From Podarcis pityusensis (taxonomy: Eukaryota), in assembly GCA_964106645.2 (NCBI GenBank), contig OZ067043.1: DNA of 64,000 bases; one strand, 5' to 3'. Each line of letters begins with the position of its first letter. The stretch's first letter is position 1. The notes under the pieces are model-generated. The model did not search any database. It had not been told where the DNA came from and worked only from the letters and a program-made list of their open reading frames with translations. Positions 12,316 to 26,117 of this stretch are shown one piece after another. The translations under genes were made by a program, and so were the position numbers.

Positions 12316-15032
12316 CTAAAAAAGCATTAAAAATAAATTTTCTTTGGAGAAGCGAGGAAAAGAAACTTTTTGTTGCAGCTGGAGAAATAAGATTGCTTAT
12401 CAGATAATCACCATGCTCTAACAGAACACTTTAGCAGTGGGAACCATCAAAAACAGGCTCAACACCTAGCATCACCAGCTAAAGCAGGGATGGGGAACCT
12501 CTGGCCCTCCAGATGTTATCAGACTCCAGCTCCTATCAGGGCCCAGGCAGCATGGCCTATGGTCAAGGGCCTCTGCCTGTGAACCTAGAGATCCACCGCC
12601 AATCAAAGCAGATATTACTGGGCTGGGTGGACCAATGGCTTACATGATATAAGAACTTTAAGATAAAATAAAGCTAATAATGCTTGCAACAAAATGAGGA
12701 GCAGAGTAATAAACGATAAAGAGAAAAAGAAAACCACATTAGCATGTTCATGATAAGCTTGGGAGTACAGTGAGAGAAAAACAGCAGTGGGGGACCCATG
12801 GCACTCCCAATGTTGTTGGACTACAACTCCCATCATCCCTAACTGTTGACCACAGTGGCTGGATCCTATGGGAGTTGGGATCCACTGACATACAAAGGAC
12901 CACAGGTTCCTCATCACTTGCTTAAGGAGATGTTACTTTAACAGCTGATAGTGTGTGTGTGTTTGTATTTTATAGGAATCTGATGAGAAGCTTGAAGATA
13001 AACTGAAACCACTGCACTGTTAAAAAAATTCAGTGGGATTGTTGCACTTGCTAAGTTTGTAGGAAATTATGGTCTTCCAAATCTTATCAAACCACTTCTA
13101 TTCAGAAGGTTGCTTGGGTCCCTACTGTGCTACCAGGCAAAAGCCTACTAAAACAGAAGAGACTTTCAACAGCATTTTGTGATGTGGAATGGGGCAGCTC
13201 TTCAAAGAAAAATAGCCCACTGGATGGACAAACTGAGACAAGGTCTCAGGTAAGCCCTCTTCTCTTGAGAAACCAAGAGATTTTTCTTTCATGAAAAATA
13301 TGTGCACTATCACTGATCTATGGCTCCTCCTGGACATGTCTGAGTTGGCACACCTGAAGTAGTTATTTGAATCCTAACTAACACGATTTGTATATATCCT
13401 CCCTTTCATAAAGTTATGGGGCCTTTCCCTGCTAATGGTGCCCACTGTTTCTTCATGAAAGGCAAAGGATTAAAATTACAAAGTGTGCTGCAGAAACACA
13501 GTTTGGTAAGGGAAACTAGGGCTACACTGAAGAAAATGAGTATCTTTTTATTCATCTTTACATCAGTGAAGACAGCATGGCACTTTATGATGTGAACACA
13601 TGGTGGCGCTAAGAGAATAAATTTCTGACGAACATTACTAGCTAGTAGTTACCAGTGGAAATGTCTATGTGATGTATGAAACGTCCTGCTGGTGTCCTGT
13701 GGTGCTATAATGCACCATACATGCTTCCCAAAAGCCGGCAATGATCTGTCATAAATGGTAGCAGTACATGCTACTGTATGCACCAATCTGGAGCAGGCAA
13801 TATGCACTGCTAGCAACAGACCGAGCAACATCATTTTTACTGGCACATTGTTGGAAAAGTGGAATTTAGTCCTAATTATTCCACTTGACTTCCACTGAAG
13901 TATGTGTTGGAAGCTGGCCAGAGTGGCTGGGGCAACCCAGCCAAATGGGCAGGGAATGATAATAAACTAATAATAATAATTCAATTGGTCAATACTAGCT
14001 GTCTGCTAAAAATCCTACTAGGAGCATCCAGCTCCTCCTTCCCTCTAGGGATGTGTGTGCGTGCACAAGGGCAACTTCTATTGCAGTCCTTACATGAAGA
14101 GAAAGCTTTTGTAGAGCCTGGAGATGGCAGGGCTTGTACCTGGGACCTTACTACATGCAAAGCATATGCACTACCACTGAGTCACGCCTTTCCCACATTT
14201 ATTTCTGAGTCGGACAGAGCCTTCGGCAGAAAAGGAGAAAGCTGTCCAGCAGATGATGCATCAGCAGGCTGGACTGAGATCTTGCTCAACAATGAACATC
14301 TCCAGGGCTAAATATGTTTTAAGGGCACTGTCCATACACTCACACTGTGCTAGGCAAAACTGAATTGTACAGAAGGCAGTGAATGCCCTGGTCTTGCAGG
14401 TGCTGCAAAGGCTTTGAAAAGGAGAGTGCTCTAGAATTCTTAAAAGGAGATCTACAGATCTCTAGTTTATTCCTGCCTCCAGTTTATACGCCATGTGACC
14501 TTTTTGCATTTCGGCTGGTGGAACCTTTAACCAAACACCTCCAAAATTTTTACCAGGATCAAATTAAGACTACATCAAAAAGATGTAATGTTAATTGGAC
14601 TGTCAGGGAACTGCAATTTTCACACCAAAGTTCAGACGTGCCCAGCGCTATGGGGGGAAAAAGGGATACCCTGTAGCAGCACCCACCCACCCACCCTCAC
14701 ACTTCATAGCCAAGTCATGTTGCAAAAAACAAACAAACCCACAGACCTTCTGCAAAGCACCTCAGTCAAACAAAACCTGCACTCAGAGCCTTATTAGAAG
14801 ACAAAAAGCATGCCAAGCAAAGTTGCAACCGTAAGTCCTACACCTAACCAACACCCCACCCCAACCATTTCAAACCCCAGCAGGCACTCGTACAACAAAA
14901 GGAACCACTGAAGTCACAGGCAGGCATACAAAGCTGCTGCCAAGCGCCAAAAGCCAGAATTGCCATAGCAAAAGTACAGATGCACAACAGGGGAAAAAAA
15001 TTAAACACAGCAGTACACCAGTGCTACAGTAC

Positions 15033-15050
15033 CTGGCTGGTTTGTGGCTT
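15033..15050 (-). CDS. DOCK7: Candidate DOCK7 18-nt microexon (inserts SHKPAR)
   Basis: ccctaat branch point, tgtgctgtgtttttag|AAGCCACAAACCAGCCAG|gtactg; in frame in a phase-2 intron. Confidence 0.65.
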
Positions 15051-15478
15051 CTAAAAACACAGCACATGTGGGGAAAATAATCAAAGTGATGGATTAGGGT
15101 AGGAGAGGAGTCAGCTTGGAGAACTCCAGAATGGAGTGACCGATGGCACACATGCAATTACACCTGGTTACTCTTGGCTGCAACTTAAAGCATCCTATAG
15201 CCGTCTTATCAGTGCATTGGTCATCTTCCCTTACAGCACAATCCTATACAAGTCTAGTCAGGAGCAAGTCCCATTGAGTTTAATGACACTTACTACCAGG
15301 GAAGTGGGTGTAGGATTGCAACCTCCTGTTCTTTTAAATAAACAACACACGTGTGTGATAGCGCTATTCTTATGAGGTTAGTCCTATCTCAGTTCAGGTC
15401 CAGACCTGCTCATACTGTGAGGAGCAAGGCAGTCCCTATCTTGGCCAACTGGCCATTTCAACGTTAAAATGTTTGGGT

Positions 15479-15731
15479 ACCAGGCAGAGGGCCTTCTCGG
15501 TAGTGGCACCAGCCCTGTGGAACGCCCTCCCACCAGATGTCAAAGAGAAAAATAACTAGCAAACTTTTAGAAGACATCTGAAGGCAGCCCTGTTTAGGGA
15601 AGCTTTTAATGTTTAATAGGTTATTGTATTTTAGTGTTCTGTTGGAAGCCGCCCAGAGTGGCTGGGGAAACCCAGCCAGATGGGCAGGGTATAAATAATA
15701 AATTATTATTATCATCTTATTATTATTATTA
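15479..15731 (+). mobile_element. L2-type LINE 3' end with (TTA)n tail
   Basis: gggccttctcggtagtggcacc...tggaacgccctccc...ggaagccgcccagagtggctgggg...ataaataataa; short tails also at about 13905-13980 and 42115-42160. Confidence 0.7.
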
Positions 15732-15748
15732 TGGGTAAGGTAGCATTA

Positions 15749-15967
<219 letters not shown>

Positions 15968-16082
15968 TTAAATGATTATTGCACTTTAAAATTAATTATC
16001 ATCAGTGTTGACTAATCCTTTCAATACAAAATGAACCAGCTTCCAAGCAAACGTGTGAGTAAATCAACACTATCTACCAAAA

Positions 16083-16697
16083 CAGGAGGAGGAAACCTTT
16101 TTCAACTGGAGGGCCACATTCCTTCATAAACACCCTTCTAGGGGCCACACACCAGGGGTGGACCAGGGGCCTGAGAAAAAAGGGAGCCGGGCAACAGATG
16201 TAACATTTCCCTTTGTACATTAGGCTACATTTCAGTCACATGCACACAAAATGTGGAGGAGAGACACTGGTTTTACACATACACACCTCCATCCAAATAC
16301 AGTGTAACCTCAGGTTACATACGCTTCAGGTTACATACGCTTCAGGTTACAGACTCCGCTAACCCAGAAATATTACCTCAGGTTAATAACTTTGCTTTAG
16401 GATGACAACAGAAATCGTGCTCCGGCAGCACGGCGGCAGCAGGAGACCCTATTAGCTAAAGTGGTGCTTCAGGTTTCAGGTTAAGAACGGACCTCTGGAA
16501 GGAATTAAGTACTTAACCCGAGGTACCACTGTAGTAAAAGGAACCATCAAAATGCAAGGACACGCAAAGAAGTGCAGAGTATGGGCAGTGAGAGCCAGGG
16601 TCCTGAACGGGGCATCACCTGGAAGGAGCCTTGAGGGCCAAATGTACAGGTTTGAAGAGCTATATTTGGCCCTCGAGTCTGAGGTTCCCCACCTTTG
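16083..16697. mobile_element. Degenerate hAT-like element hosting the Tc1-type MITE
   Basis: Ends caggaggaggaaacct...gagggccac and ggccctc...aggttccccacctttg resemble other copies (11117-11450, 8196-8530). Confidence 0.5.
16300..16531. mobile_element. Tc1/mariner (Tigger-like) MITE
   Basis: TIRs CAGTGTAACCTCAGGTTA / TAACCCGAGGTACCACTG flanked by TA on both sides. Confidence 0.8.
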
Positions 16698-17118
16698 TTC
16701 TATAATATCTCATTAACACTATCAGGATAGTTTACTATTCATAAATTAAAGACTAGCTCAGTATCAAGGAATGTCGCATTGCTGACTCCAGAGGGCTCCA
16801 CTGCAGAGGGCCCAGTACAACCAATGTTTCCCCTGCCCTGTCAGAGTAAAGGACTGCTGGCATGGGGCAGCTTTCATGAAAAGCGGACTGAATCACTGCT
16901 CCTATACAGGACTCAGTTGGAGGCCGACTGCTGCTGAAGCAACATCCAAGCTCTGCCTCTTTCTGGCATTCAGCCTGAGCCTGCACAAGGCAGATTTGCT
17001 TTGCTTGGCCTGCCTTGTCACTGCAGAGGTCAATGCTTGCAGGAGGACTGCGGCCGCTCTCCCTGTCAATCACACAGAGCCGCCTTAGCACAGTGCATGA
17101 AGGGGGCCTCCCATTTCA

Positions 17119-17295
<177 letters not shown>

Positions 17296-17512
17296 TCACA
17301 AGAAAGAGGTCGGAACATGAAACAAGAGTCAGCCCTTTTTAAAAACAAAGAAAGCCCATTATAATTTAATACACAAATAAAGCTAATTATTTAGGCAGCT
17401 TCCTATATCTCACACAGAATTTGCAGTATCCACAAATTCTACTTCTAATCTTTCTTTTGGGAGAAGCTAAGACAGTTAAACTTGCTACAAAGTGGTATAT
17501 ATTTCTAGCGTT

Positions 17513-17651
17513 CAGGGCTTCTTTTTCAGTCGGAACTTGCCGGAACTCAGTTCTGGCACTTCTCAGGTGGGACACCACTGTCATTCTAAAAGAATGAGGG
17601 AAGCATTCATGGTAAGTTCCGGCACCTCGTTTTCCTAGAAAAATAGCACTG
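17513..17651. mobile_element. hAT-type MITE
   Basis: CAGGGCTTCTTTTTC...GAAAAATAGCACTG termini; degenerate 8-bp TSD ctagcgtt/gtagtgtt. Confidence 0.65.
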
Positions 17652-18242
17652 GTAGTGTTGAATCATCCTACGTTTGCTTTCTTGCCTATGCTTGGCTAAC
17701 TAGAGAACTGCGAATCATGGAGAAATTTGAATCAATCAGTTGTTCCTTCAGCAAAGCAGAGAAAGACCCTTCCGAGCAAACAGGGAGGAGATGGTACTAA
17801 CTCATTGGCTCTCAAGACTGTTCAGTGGGTACAATCCCAAGCAAGGATTGTATGCTGAGCAAAGCAGGGCAAAGACTCCAGAAGCTCGAAAACAGGAATT
17901 TAGTTTCCCTTTCTGATGGGAATTTGGTTTGGTGGAGACTTAAAGGGTGAGAAACACGAAGGAAACATTGTTAGAAGATCTACTTTTAACTGAGTAATGG
18001 TTGTGTGGTTCTGAATTCAGCGGCAACCATTTTGTGTGAGGGTGCTGTTCCTGACCCCTGCACATGTTGGCGGAGCATGAATAAGCCTACCTTGCCCTGC
18101 CCCATTTTCCGGCCACTTCTAGGCTGGCAGCGACGAGCATGTGCATGATCGCGCATCAATCGGACACATGTACACTGCTTTCTGCCTGTACCGCTTCACT
18201 TCTCTGAAAAACGTGAGCGTAATTGTCTTGCTGCTACTATAC

Positions 18243-18425
18243 CTTGTATTCGAAGCAAGAAACACAGAGGTAGAGCAAATCCAGTAAACGATTAAGCTGC
18301 AGCACAGAAAGGTCCGTGAACCATTTTTGTAGGACACTTTCATCAGCGTTCTTCAGGACCCACAAGAGGCAGATCAGAAGGTTCCGACTTGACTCGGCTG
18401 AAAATGTTGAATGCTGCCTATTTGT
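18243..18425 (-). CDS. DOCK7: DOCK7 exon TNRQHSTF...CFEYK (183 nt)
   Basis: cag/gtatag sites. Confidence 0.95.
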
Positions 18426-18691
18426 CTGAAAACACAGGAAGAGCCAGTTAGAATCAGGACCACTTCTTCTATTTAGAATATTACTCAACCAGCTACTCTT
18501 CTGTTCTTCTGGAAGGAGTCTGGTTGAATTTATTTTAACTATTAATTATTATTTGTATGTTTTATTGTGCTTTAAATATTCTATGGGGCAGCCAAATTAT
18601 ATAAATAATAACATTATTGTAATTATTACACTGGTTTTAAGTACTGGCATAGCCATGAATTGGATCACTGTGAACTATATATCACTTCAAT

Positions 18692-18716
18692 TCTATCTAT
18701 CTATCTATCTATCTAT
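18692..18716. repeat. (TCTA)6 microsatellite
   Basis: Read directly from the sequence. Confidence 0.9.
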
Positions 18717-19294
18717 CATCTGCTTTCTTAAGAAATATATTTAAAAATGGAATAGAAATACATTTAAAATTAATTAATTAAATAGTTTAGTTAGTTTGCT
18801 ACATTTAAACCATTGCTTCACACGGCTATCCTGAAGTGATTTGCAATAATGAAGTATAAAACAAACAAGATTTAAAAAACAAAAAACAAATATAAAATGC
18901 TAAGCCATCTAAAGGAGCACACAATATCCACACAGGATAGACATCAGTAGGCACCAAAATACTCAAACTGATTGAACAGGCCTAATGCAAGTCCTCTGAA
19001 TTTTAACTAAAAATACATTTCCCCCCCATGTGTTTCACAATGGAGAAGCGAGGTTTTAAATCTTGATGTGCAGCCAAAGAGTTTATTATTACACCACTAT
19101 CTCCCAGGAACAGAGATAATTTTGCTGCAGCGCAATCTATCCGTCACCTCCTCCCACCCACCCTCTATGTTCCAAGAGAGAGTAGTGCCATCTGTTCTGT
19201 GATCAGGACTGCCACCCACTCTTGCTGCCTTGCAAACACGGGACATGCACATTTGTCTGTTCAATGTTCTAGAGGAAAAAACACTTCTCTGTAC

Positions 19295-19449
19295 CGATGA
19301 CGTTAGGAGAAAACTGCTGGGACGGGTGAGTTGCGGGACAGAGGTTCCTGCAATAGCCATGGCAACCGTCTGGCTTATCATGCTTCCACCCTCGCTCTCA
19401 TAGTCCTCCATTGCTGTGCAGCTTGGCCGTCCGCGCTGGTTGTGGTTTT
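19295..19449 (-). CDS. DOCK7: DOCK7 exon (E)NHNQRGR...LLTSS (155 nt)
   Basis: cag/gtacag sites, phase 1/0. Confidence 0.92.
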
Positions 19450-20649
19450 CTGTAGAGAAACAAGCCAGTCCCAATGAAGCACCACTGCAACAAGGTTATC
19501 CCACTCAGCTACCACCCTCCCAAATTTTCCCTTAAGTATTGTTTAACTTGGAGGCTAAGCAGTAATAATGCCTTTCACACTGGACCGCAAGCGAGCAAGT
19601 AAAGCTATGTTCAAGGTACACTCATAAATTATCTGGATGAAAGTGTAGCATTGCCTCTTTCCCTGGATTTAGAATACCAACCATGCAAACAGTTTGCCAA
19701 TAGAAACATATGAACCTGCCTCATTCTATGCAGTCCAGCACTGTAGGTTTGTTGTCAGGAGTTGGTATCGTCAGGCAGCTGCCAAGGCTCACATTCTAGC
19801 TGGTGCCCCACTGTGACCCCTAGAGATCCCTAGTTCTCCTCTTCCTCGTTGCTGTTGCCTGTTCCCCTGGCCTCCTCAGGCATGCCAACAGTAACAAGAA
19901 CAAGGAGAAGGAAAAGTGTACTCCTGGGCTATGGTACAAACTGGGCCCAGAGATCTAAGGCAAATGGACAGGGAATGGACACAGTGGCAGGAAAGTGGAC
20001 TTCTTGCTCAAGGACCTTTCAAAATCTGGGACCAACACTGACTCCATACAGACAATTTATAAGGTTAGATGTGCTTAGCTTAAAGAGCAGAACTGTATCT
20101 TGCACTCTCAGCCTGTTAAAATACTGGTGTACAGACAAACCCAACACTTCAGTCAGTGAGCCCAACCAATTATCATCTTGTATGAGGCCCACTATCCACT
20201 AAATATCTTTTTCAGCAAGGCTTTGAGGGGATCTGATTAATTGGCCCAGATCTGACTGCATCTGCCATTAAAGCTCAATTGTTGTGGGTTTTATTTTTGT
20301 TGTGCTTTATTTATTGATATGATTGTATTCCAACTTGACATTACATTTTGATGAAAAGGGGTGTGTGTGTTAGAAACCTTTTAAATAAAACAAGTAAGAA
20401 CTCAACAGCGATAGCAACAGGTCAGTGGAGAAGACATTGGCACACATCCTATTCTGTGTAGCTTTGGGACTACATGCAAAATTTGATTGCTGATGCAAAC
20501 TCCTGAAGATTTAAGCACTCATTTCCTGGATGTCACTTAGGAATCCCTTGGTTGGTTGGTTTGTTTGTTTTTAAGTTACTTGTTCAAGTGAAAGACAGCA
20601 CTCAGGCAGCAGCACAACATGTCTGGCAGTTAATCTGCCATTTTTCTTA

Positions 20650-20880
<231 letters not shown>

Positions 20881-22268
20881 TTAGTTAATAGTTTTAGAGC
20901 AGATAAGACTTGGTAAACACACACCTACACCAACACGCTCACCGATACCGCATTTGTCTGTGTGTGCAGTGTGTCTTACAGTTGCACACCTGTATCAAAA
21001 GATGCCAGCGTTTTGTCACCTGCAGTAAAGTGGTAAATGAATCACGGTCATGGAGATGGCAATTTCACGGCCCCTGGTTTAACCACTGAAACAGGATTTG
21101 TTGATATGCAAACCCTTTAACATTAGCCTAGTGGCCCTCAAACGTGTATTTAGCTCCCACCACCTTTGCAACAGCTGAAGGTGTGAACCAGTTTTACAGG
21201 TGCTTCTCTCCTGTCTCCACACAGATCAATGGAGCAAATGCTTTTCAGTCAACCGCCATAGTGAAAGTAATGGGTCAATAAGCAGAAGGACAACCAGTGG
21301 TGGTTCCCCCAAAGCCCAGTCAATGGGAGCAGGGGCTGCTTATCAATGCTCCTACTGTTCCTTTTTTTCTTTTTCTCCTGCTGGTTATACTTGGTTGCTA
21401 TGGCTCCCTTAACACTTCCTGCCTCTTTGCTCCATTTTGTAAATTTCTTATCAGACTTCTGCATCTTTGCCTTAGTTGCTGCATCCTGAGTCCCTGGTGG
21501 CCACCACAACTTGTTTTTATCCGGAAGTGTGGCTTGCAACCTAAATATCCACGTGCTAGAGACTACACACATGCAAAGAGGTGCTTTTATTAAATGGCAC
21601 TACAACAGGCTGCCTGGGGAATCGGAAACCACGTTAAAAACACAGACCTCCTATTTGCCAGATGGGGTTATCTATAACATAAATGTAAGCCAATTACAGA
21701 GTTGCAAATCTGCTGGCAGATTTGAGGGCAGGGACCACACCCCTGTGTAGCTGGGGTTAACGGAAACGGTGTCCAGGTCTATGGCAATTAGTATCCAGGT
21801 CTATGGCAATCAAATCTTAATACTACCACATTTTGGCTGTGATCCAGAGCTCCATGCATCAATAGGGTTCTCATTGACTCTATGGGTTGTAACCTGCTGA
21901 AATTAATAAACCTAAATTAGCCATGCCCATCAGCTTCAGTGGGTCTATGCTCAGTAGAACTAGCACTGAATTCAATCTTGTGGTAGATGAAACAGCATGA
22001 AAGTGACTATGTTTATGGAGAAGCCCACGCTCTCACCCTGTATATACATGGCTGCCTCATAATACTGATATAAAAAGGTTGCTCTGGTAGGAAAGATCTT
22101 TGGATAGCAATCAAAGCAGAGGTGCTGAGCTTGAGAGTGGCTGGGACTTGAGGAAGTACCTGTTTCCTTTCTTTCCCCTCTAATATCACATTTGAACGCA
22201 GCCCTGCTTGTGAAACATTAGATCTCCTTTGAATTATTCCATCCTGCCCAGAATAATTGTAAAACTCA

Positions 22269-22412
<144 letters not shown>

Positions 22413-23077
22413 TTATGGAAACAAACACCAACCTTTGTTAAGTTTTATTGTATGTACTTCAGACTGCAACGTGTCGACTGCATTGTCCTCCGGACAGGTT
22501 ACATTTTACGAACAGACTATTTGGTAATCCTATAAATGTGGCTGGAGCAACCGGAAACAAGAGTATTGTATAACATACTTAAGACTTTTATTTACAGAAC
22601 TCCGAAAGACTCCACACACACTCTGCTCTCACAAACACTGCTCTCTATTTTTCTGTATTTCCAGTAAGTGAAGCCAGAAGTTTCCCAATTCATGAGCTAC
22701 ACCTCTGAATATAGAATCACATCCCTAGGATAAAGTTTTTTCCATACTCCTCCTCCTCCTAACAACTTAAATACAAAGTCAAGGAGCATGAAATATACAA
22801 GCAGTATACACAATTACAAATAGCTTAAATTATCTTCAGTACATATAGTATACCTGTTGTGAGTTACATTTTACTGTTCCAATAATGTGTGGTATTAAAA
22901 TGTGCAATATAGATTTGCTTTCCGTTCACCTTATTTAATTCGTATGCAACAGGTAAGCTTGGTCATGAATTGCACGGGGTTCACAGTCTTTCAAAAATTG
23001 GAATTATCTAAGCTCTACAGCATTTTGCATAGAGTATGCATGCTGCAACAACCACATGAGACAAATTACCTCTATTT

Positions 23078-23081
<4 letters not shown>

Positions 23082-23126
<45 letters not shown>
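23082..23126. repeat. (AT)n microsatellite, about 22 units
   Basis: Read directly from the sequence. Confidence 0.95.
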
Positions 23127-23129
<3 letters not shown>

Positions 23130-23505
23130 TTTAAGTGCAATAAGAATAAATCTGTCTTCTTCTTCTTACCCAATAGTTGATCACAACGGGACATGACTAC
23201 CACAAGTGGAAAAAGGTGACTGGCTCTTAATTATCGTGGTGGACACTGACCTTAGGATGCTTGGTGAGTGCTGTACCATCTAGTCCTCTGCCAGTCAACC
23301 TGGCTGGCTTTATCCAGTAAAGACAGACATGCTATGTGCAAAAATGGTGTTTTCCTTTCCCCAGGAGACTCTCTGTTCTCCTGGTTGTCCAGCACCCATA
23401 TAATTTAAAGCACTTTCCTCAGTGAGTCTGGATGCTGATTACACATATGAGCACCAAAGGACAACCTACATTCAAAGCAGAACAGTACTTGGAAAAGGTA
23501 CTTCA

Positions 23506-23778
<273 letters not shown>

Positions 23779-23849
23779 TTAAAGAGTTACAGGCCACCAG
23801 AAGCCACTTCCGCACGGAAATTACGGCTACAATTAATCCTGCATGCGGC

Positions 23850-24158
23850 TGCTAGACTGATGACTGGCAGCAGCCGCCAGGACCACATAACATGTCCTAA
23901 AAGACCTACATTGGCTCCCAGTACATTTCCGAGCACAATTCAAAGTGTTGGTGCTGACCTTTAAAGCCCTACACGGTTTCAGCCCTGTATTCCTGAAGGA
24001 GCATCTCTACCCGCATCGTTCAGCCCGGACACTGAGGTCCAGCTCCAAGGGCCTTTTGGTGGTTCCTTCACTGAGAGAAGTGAAGCTACAGGGAACCAGA
24101 CAGAAGGCATTTTGGTAGTCGCACCACCCACTCTGTAGAATGCCCTCCCATCAGATGG
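23850..24158 (+). mobile_element. L2-type LINE fragment (ORF2 C-terminal region)
   Basis: ctacattggctcccagta (LHWLPV-like) ...tgccctcccatcagatg; overlaps in sequence with the 15479 copy. Confidence 0.7.
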
Positions 24159-24399
24159 CAAACTGGCCGAGTGCCCTGGCCTCCCCTGAAAATGCCATGG
24201 AACCAGCTTCAAATTGACAACTGAAAGTGAAGCTTCTGTCACTCCACCAGTCATCTGCTCTTACGAATTCTGCTCCAGAGATGAACTTTCCTTCTCCTCC
24301 TACTCTCCTCCTTTCCCCTTCCCTGCTGCAGTTTCCAAAGATTCTTTGCTTTCACCTCATGCCAACCCATCCCTACCTCTTTTTATCCGGAGACTTTAC

Positions 24400-24513
24400 C
24401 TGTTTGTAGTACACCTTAGTAAGGCTGAAGACAAATCCTCTGTCCATAACAGTGAGTAGATCGTTTAGGAAGAAGGCTAAGCTAGTGTTGAGCCTTTCAA
24501 TCATTTCAGCATC
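24400..24513 (-). CDS. DOCK7: DOCK7 exon DAEMIERL...VYYKQ (114 nt)
   Basis: tag/gtaaag sites. Confidence 0.95.
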
Positions 24514-24681
24514 CTACATTGGGGTGGGGCAGAAGGGAATGAAAGGAAAGGAACAGAGATAAACACTGAGGCTTCATGCTAAGGCCCTCATCCAAGAATC
24601 TGTCTTGCGTCATCTGGAAGTTATCGTTCAGAATCAGCGGTTAAAATTTTGACAAGAGCACAGCTGAACTTCTTCCATTAC

Positions 24682-24822
24682 CTTCTGAAACCGGGAGACT
24701 ATATCACTGGCAATTGTGCTGACCAGAGCAGCTATGTCATCCATGAAGCGCTCCGGAAAACGATTCTTCCTTGGAGCATCGAGTTTGTCAGCAAAATACA
24801 AATGATGCACCATACTTTTTAC
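24682..24822 (-). CDS. DOCK7: DOCK7 exon VKSMVHHL...SRFQK (141 nt)
   Basis: cag/gtaatg sites. Confidence 0.95.
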
Positions 24823-25149
24823 CTGGAGGGAACATATATTATAAGTTGCAGTCAGTTGTAAGGGGAGAGGGTGGGGAGGAAAAAATCAGCCATGGATAGA
24901 TAGCACTGTGATTTGATGCCTTTCTTTAACACAAACCAGTCACAGCAATAGCTACAGATCCATCCTGTTTGGTGAGGGGCAGAATTTTCACCTCTAAACA
25001 TTTCCTGGTGTTTCAAGTGGGGCAAAATACATCCTGTCCTCTCAAATTTCTTGTGTGTGTGTGTGTGCCTGCTCCCAGCCCAAGCTGCTGCTGCTTCTTC
25101 TGAGCTATGCTTTCCCTTTTTATTTCTTCTTAAAATTACACAGTAAGTA

Positions 25150-25325
25150 GGGCCATAGCTCAATGGTACAGCATCTGATTTGCACGCAGAAGGTCCCAGG
25201 TTCAATCCCCAGGTAGGGCTTGGTATGTACCCAGTCTGGATTCCTGGAGAACTGCTGCCAGTCAGTGTATGAAATACTGAGCTAGATAGACCAAAGGTCT
25301 GACTCAGTATAGGACAAGCTTCCTA
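25150..25325 (+). mobile_element. Squam3-like tRNA-derived SINE
   Basis: GGGCCATAGCTCAATGGTA A box, GGTTCAATCCC B box, 3' ...ctgactcagtata...gcttccta; related copies at about 58570-58725 (+), 14100-14190 (-), 46439-46486 (-). Confidence 0.75.
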
Positions 25326-26021
25326 CACGGTGAAGTCAAAGCCCCACAGAGCCAAATAGAAGACCTGTTCCCTGCTTTGCCACAATGCAAGAGTGAGCAA
25401 TGAAACCGTTGCTGGATCCAAATTTTGTGGGGCTCTTGAATAAGAGGCTTTCAGTGGTATCTCCTTCCAGAGTGGTCTCGCTTCTCACCACCACCATCAC
25501 TGTTCCCCATTCACTCCTCCTCTCACTCTGGGCCCAATCTGAACCACTGGCCAGAAGGAAGATGAAGGCTCATGCCCACTTGGGGGAAAACAAGTGAACA
25601 TAAACAGATAGTAAATAACAGGGGCTGGGCAATAGGCCCCCTCCTGGAATGTAGTCCTTGGCAGCACCCAACCATGCTGACCATCGTCACCCACAGCACC
25701 TTGAACAAAATGGCTGCAGCACAGAAGGCCAAGTCATGGAGCATTCTCACAGCTGCCTTCGCAATGGGGATGCCCCCACAAACAGTTCTCTACACTCTTC
25801 TGAGCCCCTTCTCATCACTGAGAGGACTCTGCAAAACTGTTTTTGAGAAGCCATCTGCCACCCTCCCCTCCAAGGTCCTGTCTCATCTCTAATTCACACT
25901 ACCTAGCGGAATTATTCAAGGGCATTTCAAGCGTTGCACTAGCACAAGCACCTGAGAAATCAGTGGAATTAAGGTGAAACAGAAGAGAGAGAAAATGAAG
26001 AAGATTTCCTTGTTCTCTTAC

Positions 26022-26117
26022 CATAAGTTCGAAGAAGAACCACGCTTGCTGGAGAGCTGCCTCACGTACACTCCCACTGCAGACAACCCACTGTAAGGCC
26101 AGTTCTTCATGAAAAAG
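26022..26117 (-). CDS. DOCK7: DOCK7 exon LFHEELAL...FFELM (96 nt)
   Basis: Translated by hand; tag/gtaaga sites. Confidence 0.95.

Noticed and set aside
21772-21810. Short direct duplications (also 4955-4987, 41832-41873, 57123-57178, 59820-59888)
   Set aside because: Two-copy slippage duplications without spacer regularity; not CRISPR-like in a vertebrate intron.
25150-25215. tRNA-like sequence
   Set aside because: It is a SINE head with a broken cloverleaf that continues into the SINE body; not a tRNA gene.
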